A program made the translations under genes and the position numbers. Shown here piece by piece: positions 1 to 7,850 of a stretch of DNA of 51,452 bases. The DNA lies in contig CAKZYH010000535.1 in NCBI GenBank assembly GCA_937884725.1, positions 1-51,452 of the forward strand, written 5' to 3'. This DNA is from an uncultured Rhodobacteraceae bacterium (GTDB lineage: Bacteria > Pseudomonadota > Alphaproteobacteria > Rhizobiales > Amorphaceae). Under the pieces are notes generated by a model. It was not told the DNA's origin, ran no database searches, and saw only the letters and a list, made by a program, of their open reading frames with translations. Each line of letters begins with the position of its first letter. Position 1 is the first letter of the stretch.

Positions 1-542
1 CGGGCGACCTCGGGATCCAACGGGGTTTGGGCGAGGGCGTTGGTGTAGTTGCTCATCACCTTGATGGCGAGGCCGAGGATGACTTCCAGCATTTGTTGGC
101 GGGTGAAGCCTGCTGACAGTGCGGCTTGGAACGCGGCTGGCGGTACAGCGCCTTTGGTCTCGAGTACGGTTTTGGCGAAGGTGCGCAGGGCTTCTAACCG
201 GGGGTCGGCGAGGGGGTGTCCGTCGCGAAGAGCGGTGACGTCATTTGGAGTTATTCCGGCTTGTTTGGACAGCATCGCATGCCACGGGCGGCAGTAGCTG
301 CAGCCGTTTTCGACGTTCGCGACTTGGTAGACCACCTGGCGTTCGGCCGGGGTGAGGCTGGTGGTATCGAACACGGCCCATGTTTTTACGTAGGCTTCGA
401 GAAGGGCCGGGGCCTCCGCCATCACGCGTTCAAGGTTGGGGACCTTGCCGAGCGCTGCTTCGGCCTCGCGCAGGAGGCTCGCGGATGCGGGCGGTGCGGT
501 GGCGGGGTCGTGGATGGGGAAGCCTGTGGCCGTGTCCGCCAT
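1..542 (-). CDS. Carboxymuconolactone decarboxylase/AhpD-like protein (3' end runs off the window)
   Basis: Not in the ORF track. Hand translation gives MADTATGFPIHDPATAPPASA...LGKVPNL...ERQVVYQVANVENGCSYCRPWH...KVMSNYTN, with the AhpD-type CxYCxxxH motif. Its ATG overlaps the DUF1989 stop (TGATG). Confidence 0.85.
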   Translation of the reverse strand, partial: MADTATGFPIHDPATAPPASASLLREAEAALGKVPNLERVMAEAPALLEAYVKTWAVFDTTSLTPAERQVVYQVANVENGCSYCRPWHAMLSKQAGITPNDVTALRDGHPLADPRLEALRTFAKTVLETKGAVPPAAFQAALSAGFTRQQMLEVILGLAIKVMSNYTNALAQTPLDPEVA

Positions 543-1237
543 CAGTGCACCTCAATGTGCGCGTCGACGATGATGCCTTCGGTGCCGTTGATCGGAATTT
601 GGTCCTGCGGGCATGCCGACATGACAACGATGGTGTCGACCTCGGCGCGGAAGACGACGTAGCTACCGGGGGGCGAGGTGGGGGGAAGCCAGCCGATCTC
701 GCCGGTGCCGCTGACGGGGATGTTCATGAAGAGGTTGAAGGGGGCCGGGACCTCGGGCGCGTCGAGGCCGATGGCCTTCATGGCGAGGCGCAGGTTGTCG
801 GTGCAGTTGTCGTGGTAGCCGGTGATGCCGAAGTCGCGGTAGCGCCAGATATCGCAGGCGGCCATGAGGGTGTCGTGGACGCCGAGGGTGGTGTCCTCGG
901 TGAACTGCATGATGGGGCGGCGCTTGTTGGTGACGAGGGCGTCGCCGGGCTTGGGGAAGATGCCGCCGATGGCTGTGCGCAGGTGCTCCATCGACATGTG
1001 CTCGGTGAGGTCGTCAGCCGAGAATGCCCAGGTGTCGACCACCTGCGTGCCGTGCGTGTTGATGATCTTGATGGACTGGCCGGCGGCGACGCGCACCGCG
1101 ATCCCCTGGCGGGCGGGGATGGTGTAGCGCTTGGCCAGCTCCGGCGTGCCGTCGGGCGTGATGGGGGAGGTGAGCGTGGTGTTGCCGGTTTCGGCGAGTT
1201 CTTCGGCGCTCGGCCAGTAGGGGCCATGGTTCTGCAT
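542..1237 (-). CDS. Urea carboxylase-associated family protein (DUF1989)
   Basis: IPARQG..GQSIKIINTHGTQVVDTWAF, HDTLMAAC..HDNCTDNL, PFNLFMNIP, SACPQD; the three Cys typical of Zn-binding DUF1989 are present. Confidence 0.88.
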   Translation of the reverse strand: MQNHGPYWPSAEELAETGNTTLTSPITPDGTPELAKRYTIPARQGIAVRVAAGQSIKIINTHGTQVVDTWAFSADDLTEHMSMEHLRTAIGGIFPKPGDALVTNKRRPIMQFTEDTTLGVHDTLMAACDIWRYRDFGITGYHDNCTDNLRLAMKAIGLDAPEVPAPFNLFMNIPVSGTGEIGWLPPTSPPGSYVVFRAEVDTIVVMSACPQDQIPINGTEGIIVDAHIEVH

Positions 1238-1246
1238 GTTGTTGCC

Positions 1247-1990
1247 TCAGGCTTGGAGTTCGCCGCGGTCGACGTTGATCGCCTGGCCGGTAATGTTGGC
1301 GGCGAGCGGGCTGGCGAGGAAGAGGTAGAGGCTAGCGACATCGGCCGGGGTCATGAGGCCGGGGATGTCTTGCGTCGCTTCGATTTCGGATTGGACGGCG
1401 GCTTCCGGGACGCCGCGCTCGGTGGCCATGGCGGTGAGTGAGCGCAGCGCCGCCTTGGTGCCGACCCAGCCGGGGCAGACGGCGTTGACGCGGATGCGGC
1501 GGGGGCTGAGTTCGCGTGACCAAGAGCGGGTGAGGCCGATGACGGCGTGTTTGGTGGCGGCGTAGCCGGAAAAGCCTGCCGGGGCGGTGCGGCCCCAAAC
1601 GGAGGCGGTGTTGACGATGGCGCCTCCGTCCGTGAGGTGCGGCAAGAGATGCTGGGCGAGGCGAAACATGCCGCCGACATTGAGGGCGAGCATGTGGTCC
1701 ACCCGGTCGGCGGCGGTGGGATCCAACAGGCGGGTTTCGAATTCTAGGCCCGCGTTGTTGATGAGGATGTCGAGCGGGCCGGTGTCGAGCGCTGCGATGG
1801 CGACTGGGTCGGTAAGGTCGCAGCGGTAGGCGGTGCCGATGCCCTTGGCGGCCTCGATTACTGCGCCGGATTCGGCGAGTAGGGCGACCTTGGCGCCGGC
1901 TTCGGCGAAGGCTTTGGCTACGCCCAGGCCGATGCCGCGGGAGGCGCCGGTAACGAGGACGCGTTTGTTTTGAAGACCGTAGCTTTCCAT
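1247..1990 (-). CDS. SDR family NAD(P)-dependent oxidoreductase
   Basis: TGASRGIG, NNAG, YAATK, VNAVCPG motifs. Confidence 0.92.
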   Translation of the reverse strand: MESYGLQNKRVLVTGASRGIGLGVAKAFAEAGAKVALLAESGAVIEAAKGIGTAYRCDLTDPVAIAALDTGPLDILINNAGLEFETRLLDPTAADRVDHMLALNVGGMFRLAQHLLPHLTDGGAIVNTASVWGRTAPAGFSGYAATKHAVIGLTRSWSRELSPRRIRVNAVCPGWVGTKAALRSLTAMATERGVPEAAVQSEIEATQDIPGLMTPADVASLYLFLASPLAANITGQAINVDRGELQA

Positions 1991-2700
1991 CAGTACATCG
2001 CCGCGCCGCCGTTTACGTCGAGGACGCTGCCGGTGATGAAGTTGGCGTCGGACGAGGCGAGGAAGGCGACCGCGCCGGCGATGTCGGTGGGGTGGCCCAA
2101 GCGGCGCAGTGCGATGCCATCGCCGGTGGCTTTGAGGGTGTGGTACTGGCGTTCGGACTGCAGCATTTCGGTGTCGGTGGGGCCTGGGGCGACGGCGTTG
2201 ACGAGGACGATGGGGGCGAGCTCGTGGGCGAGGCTGCGGGTGAGCGAGATGACGCCGCCCTTGGACGCGCAGTAGGGCGCGTAGTCGGCCCGGCCGAGGT
2301 GGGCGAGCTCGGACGCGATGTTGATGATTTTGCCCGGCGTTTGCCGCGGCGCGCTCAGGAAATGGCGGGCGGCTTCACGGGCGATCAAGAACGTGCCGCG
2401 TAGGTTGACGGCGATAATCCGGTCGAAGTCGGCGGCGCTGGTGTGAATGAACGGCTGCTCCAGCATGATGCCGGCGTTGTTCACCACCACGTCGAGGCCG
2501 CCGAGCTTGGCGATGGATTGGGCGACGGCGCGCTCGACGGCGCTTTCGTCGGAGACGTCGCACACCATCATGTCGTCGCTGGGCTGGGTGTCGAAGCCGA
2601 TTGCCGATGCTCCGCCTTCGCGCAGGCGCTTCAGGATGCCCGCGCCGATGCCTTTGCCGGCGCCTGTGACGATGGCCTTGAGGCCTGCGAGCGTTGTCAT
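1990..2700 (-). CDS. SDR family NAD(P)-dependent oxidoreductase
   Basis: TGAGKGIG, NNAG, YCASK, VNAVAPG motifs; translationally coupled to both neighbours. Confidence 0.92.
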   Translation of the reverse strand: MTTLAGLKAIVTGAGKGIGAGILKRLREGGASAIGFDTQPSDDMMVCDVSDESAVERAVAQSIAKLGGLDVVVNNAGIMLEQPFIHTSAADFDRIIAVNLRGTFLIAREAARHFLSAPRQTPGKIINIASELAHLGRADYAPYCASKGGVISLTRSLAHELAPIVLVNAVAPGPTDTEMLQSERQYHTLKATGDGIALRRLGHPTDIAGAVAFLASSDANFITGSVLDVNGGAAMY

Positions 2701-3560
2701 GCGCTGGCGCGTTCTTCGGGCTTGTCAGAGGCGCGGTCGACGAGGCAGTCGCTGGCGCGCTCGCGATACTGGTTGAAGATCGCTTGCATTGTTGAGGCTT
2801 CGTCTTCGCCCTCTTCGACCACGCGCAGCTGCGGCTTTTTCGATGGATCCAACCGGATGTCTTGGGTGATCGTGGAGCCGTAGGCCTGCGGTGCTTGGGG
2901 ATCGCGGCGGGCTTTGTCGACCATCAGGATGCGGGTGCCGAGCGTAAAAGCTTCGCCGATGTCGTGGGTGACCATGACGATGGGCATCTCATTGCGCTGC
3001 CACAGGTCGAGGATGAGGCGGTGCATGGCCTTCTTTGTCGACTGGTCGAGGGCGCCGAAGGGTTCGTCGAGCAGCAGGACCTTTGGCTCCATGATGAGCG
3101 CTTGGGCGATGGCGAGGCGCTGCTGCATGCCGCCTGAGAGTTGGGTGGGGTATTTTTTGACGTGGTCGATGAGGCCGACTTCGGCGAGGAGGGTTTTGGC
3201 TTTGTCGGCGAGGGCGCGGCGGCGGGCGCCCCAGAGGCGGCCCGTGAAGGGGGCGGCCGCGAGTTGGGGGCCCATCATGACGTTGTCGAGGACAGTGCGA
3301 TGGGGGAAGACGGAGTAGCGCTGGAAGACGACGCCGCGGTCGGGTTGGGGTTCGGGGTCGATGGGGACGCCGTCGATCAGGATTTGGCCGCGGGTTGGGA
3401 TCTCCTGGGAGAGCAGGAGGCGCAAGAGAGTCGTCTTTCCGGCGCCGGATGGGCCGAGGATGACCGCGAATTCGTGGTCGGGCAGGGTCGCGTTGACGTT
3501 CTCGAGGACGACGCAGTCGCCGTAGTTTTTGCCGAGGCCCTCGATGGCGATTTCGGTCAT
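2697..3560 (-). CDS. ABC transporter ATP-binding protein (NitT/TauT type, urea-carboxylase-associated transporter)
   Basis: Walker A GPSGAGKT, LSGGM, LLLDEPF, VTHD; VVFQRYSVFPH and C-terminal DPQAPQAYGSTITQD are typical of this subfamily. Confidence 0.9.
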   Translation of the reverse strand: MTEIAIEGLGKNYGDCVVLENVNATLPDHEFAVILGPSGAGKTTLLRLLLSQEIPTRGQILIDGVPIDPEPQPDRGVVFQRYSVFPHRTVLDNVMMGPQLAAAPFTGRLWGARRRALADKAKTLLAEVGLIDHVKKYPTQLSGGMQQRLAIAQALIMEPKVLLLDEPFGALDQSTKKAMHRLILDLWQRNEMPIVMVTHDIGEAFTLGTRILMVDKARRDPQAPQAYGSTITQDIRLDPSKKPQLRVVEEGEDEASTMQAIFNQYRERASDCLVDRASDKPEERASA

Positions 3561-4387
3561 GCGGCGCGGTCCAGATAATACCAGCGGGATGTGGTGCGGG
3601 CGGCTTTTGAGAAGGCGTAATCCATGAGGAAGGCGAGGAGCGTGATCCAGGCGACGTAGGGTAGGATGACGTCCATGGACAGGAACCGGCGGACGAGGAA
3701 GATGCGGTAGCCAAGGCCGCCTTCGGACGCGATGGCCTCAGCCGCGATGAGGAAGAGCCATGTGGCGCCCAGCGACAGGCGCAGCGAATCGAACAGGCGC
3801 GGGATGACCTGCGGGAACACCACGTGGACAATCATTTGCCAGGTGGAGGCGCCCAAGGTTTGCGCCTTGATGAGCTGTTCGCGTGGGATGGCGATCACTT
3901 CCAGCATGATATCGCGCGTGAGGAACGGCGCGATGCCGAAGACGATGAGGACGATTTTGGAGGTTTCGCCGAGGCCAAAGATGATGAAGAGGATCGGCAG
4001 AACCGCCAGCGGCGGGATGAGGGCGAAGGCCGCGATGAAGGGGCCGAAGAGGGCGCGAAAGGTCGGCAGGAAGGCGACCGGGATGCCGATGACGAGGCCG
4101 ATCACGGCCGAAATGGAGAGGCCGATGAAGATGCGCTGAAGGCTGATCAGCGTGTCGGTCCAGAAGACATATTCGCCGGTGCGGCGGTTTTCCGTGAAGG
4201 CGAGTGCGTGGATGGCGTCGGCGAAGGAGCCGAACGAGGGCATCAACTTGTCCTGCGGGTTTTCCGTCAGGCGGATGTCTGAGCCGATGGCGTAGATGAC
4301 CAGGCACAGGCCGAACGGCAGGAGCGCCAGCAGGATTGCGGACGGGCGGCTCGGCGAATAGTTGATGGCGCGTTTCATTCGGCCCAT
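3557..4387 (-). CDS. ABC transporter permease (NitT/TauT type)
   Basis: Multiple TM segments, EAA-like loop KAQTLGAS, WLFLIAAEAIASEGGLGYRIFLVRR; start could be 4378. Confidence 0.9.
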   Translation of the reverse strand: MGRMKRAINYSPSRPSAILLALLPFGLCLVIYAIGSDIRLTENPQDKLMPSFGSFADAIHALAFTENRRTGEYVFWTDTLISLQRIFIGLSISAVIGLVIGIPVAFLPTFRALFGPFIAAFALIPPLAVLPILFIIFGLGETSKIVLIVFGIAPFLTRDIMLEVIAIPREQLIKAQTLGASTWQMIVHVVFPQVIPRLFDSLRLSLGATWLFLIAAEAIASEGGLGYRIFLVRRFLSMDVILPYVAWITLLAFLMDYAFSKAARTTSRWYYLDRAA

Positions 4388-4392
4388 CCCGC

Positions 4393-4418
4393 AAAACGGG
4401 CGGCCGCATGGGCCGCCC
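4393..4418 (-). terminator. GC-rich stem-loop after the substrate-binding gene (mRNA stabiliser or leaky terminator)
   Basis: Minus strand GGGCGGCC-CATGC-GGCCGCCC followed by GTTTT, between the SBP and permease genes. Confidence 0.55.
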
Positions 4419-4444
4419 TCAGCTTCATCATAGGGCGCAGATGC

Positions 4445-5521
4445 CTAGAGTTGGCCTTCGACGGCCATCTTCGTGAACTCGGCGTTGATGCGCAGTTTCA
4501 CGTTCTCTGGATCGCCCAGGATGGTGCCGTCGGGGAACTCGATGCCGACAAAGTCTTTGCTCGCCGCCATCTCGCCGAAAAGGCCGACGTCGAAGGAGAA
4601 GGTGCGCACGAAGTCCCAGGTGGTTTGGTGGCGCTTGGAGGTGAGGAGCTCGTAGGCCTCCTGCGCTTCGTAGTACATTTTGGTGGAGTCGAGCTGGGCT
4701 TGGTACTCTTCCACCGAGCTGCCGGACATGTCGGCGAGGTCGGCGATCATGGAGGCTTGGGCCTCTTCGCCCTTGGCGCCGGACATGATTTCCATGGTTT
4801 CGTACCAGGCGCCGACGAAGGCTTTGACGAAGTCGGGGTGCGCTTCGACGGTGTCGGTGTGGAACAGCATCACGTCGACGATTTCCTCAGGCGTTGAGGA
4901 GGAATCGAAGATCATCGAGGAGCCTTCGACGCTGTTGTTCATCGTGAGCAGCATCGGGTTCCACGCCACGGCGTGCTGGATTTCGTCGGATCCAACGTAG
5001 GCGGGCGTGATGTCGGCATCAGTGATGTTGACGGTGTTCACATCGCGCAGCGACATGCCGTTTTCTTCCAGCGCGCGGCTGAGGAGGTAGTGCGACACGG
5101 TGAGTTCGAAGAGGTGGATGGTCTCGCCTTCGAAGTCGGCGATGCTTTCCGCGCTCTTGGAGAGGATGCCGTCGTTGCCGTTGGAGAAGTCGCCCGCCAG
5201 CGCGATGGTGGTGTCGACGCCGCCGGCTGCGGGGATCGTGAGGCCGTCCATGGAGGCGACGGACATGCCGTCGAGGTCGCGGGCGACGAACTGGTTGATG
5301 CCGCCGATATAGTCGTTGACCTGGATGACCTCGATGTCGACGTCGTACTTCTCTTCCCACTTGTCGAGGATGCCGTTCTCTTCCATCCAGCCGTAGGGCA
5401 TGAAGCCGACATAGATGTTGTAGCCGATGCGGAAGGTGCGGTCCTCGTCGGCGAGGGCGGCCGGCGCGAGTGGCGCTGTGGCAAGCATGGTCGCGGCGAG
5501 GGCCGCAAGGGTTAGACGCAT
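4445..5521 (-). CDS. Putative urea/guanidine-type ABC transporter substrate-binding protein (TIGR03427-like)
   Basis: Start re-assigned to MRLTLAALAATMLATAPLAPAALA (signal peptide; TGATG overlap with creatininase). IYVGFMPY, MDGLTIPAAGGVDTT, GDFSNGNDG, VSHYLL and LGDPENVKLR are characteristic of the family. Confidence 0.85.
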   Translation of the reverse strand: MRLTLAALAATMLATAPLAPAALADEDRTFRIGYNIYVGFMPYGWMEENGILDKWEEKYDVDIEVIQVNDYIGGINQFVARDLDGMSVASMDGLTIPAAGGVDTTIALAGDFSNGNDGILSKSAESIADFEGETIHLFELTVSHYLLSRALEENGMSLRDVNTVNITDADITPAYVGSDEIQHAVAWNPMLLTMNNSVEGSSMIFDSSSTPEEIVDVMLFHTDTVEAHPDFVKAFVGAWYETMEIMSGAKGEEAQASMIADLADMSGSSVEEYQAQLDSTKMYYEAQEAYELLTSKRHQTTWDFVRTFSFDVGLFGEMAASKDFVGIEFPDGTILGDPENVKLRINAEFTKMAVEGQL

Positions 5522-6306
5522 CAAAGTTGTCCTCTCTCGGGGTGGGTCTGGAGTGAGTTGGCCGGGCCTGGCGGGAGTGTTGGCCAGTCTTCGGCAAGAG
5601 CTTCGGTGAGCCAGGAGGCGAGATCCTCGACGATGGTCTGGGTCATGTGCGCGCCGTCGTCCGCTGAGGCGCGCGAGGGGTGCCCGACGACGCCGGTGGG
5701 GGTGGTAGCGGGCATGGCGTAGGAGAATTTTGCGCCGGGCGTGACGTCGGGGACGTCGTGAGCCTCGGCCATGCGGACCATCTCGGGGCGCAGGTGGAGG
5801 AGGATCGAGGTTTCGCCCTGGTTGGCGTGGATGTCGTCCCCGTCGCGGAAGTAGAGGGCGCCGACGCGGCCTGAGATGTCCCACAGGCCCATGGTGGCGA
5901 AGCGCGCTTCTGGGAACTCAAAGCGCAGCTGGAGGATGGCGCTGCGCAGCGGGGCGTCGTTGGTGCCGTGGCCGGAGAGGAAGAGAAGCTTGGTGAGGCC
6001 GTTGGCGACGGCCCAGCGGCCTAGCTCGACGGCGACTGTGGTGAGCGTCGTCGGGTGGAGCGAGAAGGTGCCGGGCCACTTGGCGGTGTGGCCGAGCGAG
6101 CAGCCGTAGGCGAGGGGCGGCAGGCTGAGGACGTTGGCGCGGTCGGCCGCGAGGTCAGCCAAGGTTGCGGCGCTGATGGTGTCGCAGCCGGTGGCAAGGT
6201 GCGGGCCGTGCTGTTCGGTGGCGCCCACGGGCAGGACGGCGAGATCACGGCCGGCGGCGATTAGTGCGCCGATTTCATCGCTCGTCATCAGGTCCCAACG
6301 GGGCAT
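5521..6306 (-). CDS. Creatininase family amidohydrolase
   Basis: LPVGATEQHGPHL..GCD, SLGH, GHGTN, HANQGETS, TGVVGHP motifs; AGGAGG RBS upstream of ATG 6306. Confidence 0.9.
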   Translation of the reverse strand: MPRWDLMTSDEIGALIAAGRDLAVLPVGATEQHGPHLATGCDTISAATLADLAADRANVLSLPPLAYGCSLGHTAKWPGTFSLHPTTLTTVAVELGRWAVANGLTKLLFLSGHGTNDAPLRSAILQLRFEFPEARFATMGLWDISGRVGALYFRDGDDIHANQGETSILLHLRPEMVRMAEAHDVPDVTPGAKFSYAMPATTPTGVVGHPSRASADDGAHMTQTIVEDLASWLTEALAEDWPTLPPGPANSLQTHPERGQL

Positions 6307-6333
6307 TCGCGTCCTCCTAGAACCGTTTGAAGC

Positions 6334-6350
6334 TGCAACGGGCGTGCCAG
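6334..6350 (-). promoter_or_regulatory. Sigma54 (-24/-12) promoter for the creatininase operon
   Basis: Minus strand CTGGCACGCCCGTTGCA matches TGGCAC-N5-TTGCA exactly, 28 nt upstream of the start codon. Confidence 0.85.
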
Positions 6351-6391
6351 GAGCTTGCGGCGTGGTGGCCTCGGTTCCAGGCTTTGCCTGA

Positions 6392-6407
6392 TGGCCTTGG
6401 GCTTGCA
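6392..6407 (+). promoter_or_regulatory. Sigma54 (-24/-12) promoter for the glutamine-synthetase-like gene
   Basis: TGGCCTTGGGCTTGCA has GG-N10-GC spacing with TTGCA, about 30 nt upstream of ATG 6437 and its GAGGAG RBS. Confidence 0.65.
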
Positions 6408-6436
6408 GCCCAGCGGCCTCAGACGAGGAGCTATCG

Positions 6437-7828
6437 ATGAACGATCCGGAACGGGTGGCGGAGGTGCGGGCAGTGTTGGAGGCCGCTGGGGTGGAGTATT
6501 GTTTTGCCACCTATGTGGATATTCACGGCGTTGCTAAGGCGAAGGCTGTGCCGCTCGCCTCGTTTGAGAAGATGTGCGCTGGATCTGAGCTGTTTACGGT
6601 CGGCGCTATGGAAGGAATGGGGCTCGTTGGGCCGGAAAAGGACGAGTGCGCTGTTGTCCCCGATCTCGGAAGTTTGACTATTTTTCCGTGGGATAGCAGG
6701 TTTGCTTGGTTTGCTGGCGATCTTTATTACCACGGCGAGCCTTATCAGAACTGTAGCCGGGTGATTCTGAAGCGCGCGTTGGCGAAGGCGGCGGACATGG
6801 GGTTTGGCTTCAACCTTGGCGTTGAGACTGAGTTTTATGTCTTCCGCGATGAGGCGGGCAAGCAGCCGCTGGCGGAGCGGCGGCACATGGGCATGGTGCC
6901 GGCATACGATGTTGACCAGACGCTACAGGCGATGCCGTATTTGGAGCGCATGGTGAGCGCGATGAATGCGCTCGGCTGGGATGTCTACTCGTTTGACGCT
7001 GAGGGTGGGCACGGCCAGCACGAGTTTGATTTTGCCTACGCCGATGCGCTGACGATGGCTGATCGGCTGACGTTTTTTCGCTTTATGGCGAAGACCATTG
7101 CGCGGGAGATGGGGCTTTACGCGTCGTTTATGCCCAAGCCCTTTGCGGCCGATTTTCGCTCAGGCGCGCACTTCAACATGTCGCTCTTTGAGGTTGGATC
7201 CGGCGCAAACTTGTTTGCTGATCGGGGCGGGGCGCTGGCTGCAGAGTACGGGATTGATGTGCCGGATCTGGCCTATCATTTCGTCGGTGGGCTGCTTGAG
7301 CATGCCGATGCGGTGACGGCGGTGACTAACCCGACGCACAACTCCTATAAGGGGCTGCTTGCCAAGGGCGAGATGGTGGATGTGAGCTGGGCGCCGGTCC
7401 TTCGCACGTACGGCAAGAATAACCGCTCCGCGATGCTGCGCTTGCCCATGAACAGGCCGTGCGTCGAGAACCGGGCACCTGATATTGCGGCGAATTTTTA
7501 TCTGGGTGCTGCGATGTCGCTCGCGGCGGGGCTCGATGGGATTGAGCGGGCCGTCGATCCCGGTGCGCCGATGAACGACAACCTTTATCTCACGCTGGGC
7601 GGAGCGAGTGCGTCGCGTAAGATTGCGCGGACCGATGGCGGGTATGTGGAGCGGTTGCCGCGCACGATGATCGAGGCGCTGGAGGCGTTTGAGTTGGATC
7701 CTATCGCTGCCGAGGCGCTGGGGCCGGAGATGCGCGACATCTACCTGGGCTGGAAATTGCGCGAATGGGAGCGCGATTTTTATAGCGTGGACGATGGCGA
7801 GCGGGCGCGGGTGCTTCACCTCATTTGA
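6437..7828 (+). CDS. glnT: Type III glutamine synthetase-like / gamma-glutamyl-amine ligase (GlnT/GmaS-like)
   Basis: YVDIHGVAKAKAVP N-terminus, LGVETEFY, GQHEFDF, FMPKPF..SGAHFNMS, NSYK, NNRSAMLR, ENRAPD..ANFYL. Confidence 0.8.
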   Translation: MNDPERVAEVRAVLEAAGVEYCFATYVDIHGVAKAKAVPLASFEKMCAGSELFTVGAMEGMGLVGPEKDECAVVPDLGSLTIFPWDSRFAWFAGDLYYHGEPYQNCSRVILKRALAKAADMGFGFNLGVETEFYVFRDEAGKQPLAERRHMGMVPAYDVDQTLQAMPYLERMVSAMNALGWDVYSFDAEGGHGQHEFDFAYADALTMADRLTFFRFMAKTIAREMGLYASFMPKPFAADFRSGAHFNMSLFEVGSGANLFADRGGALAAEYGIDVPDLAYHFVGGLLEHADAVTAVTNPTHNSYKGLLAKGEMVDVSWAPVLRTYGKNNRSAMLRLPMNRPCVENRAPDIAANFYLGAAMSLAAGLDGIERAVDPGAPMNDNLYLTLGGASASRKIARTDGGYVERLPRTMIEALEAFELDPIAAEALGPEMRDIYLGWKLREWERDFYSVDDGERARVLHLI

Positions 7829-7850
7829 GGCACCCGCCCCCGGGCGTCGG

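Noticed and set aside
6307-6436. Guanidine (ykkC/mini-ykkC) riboswitch expected before a urea-carboxylase-type transporter
   Set aside because: No recognisable motif (no twin ACGR hairpins), and the sigma54 promoter leaves only a very short leader.
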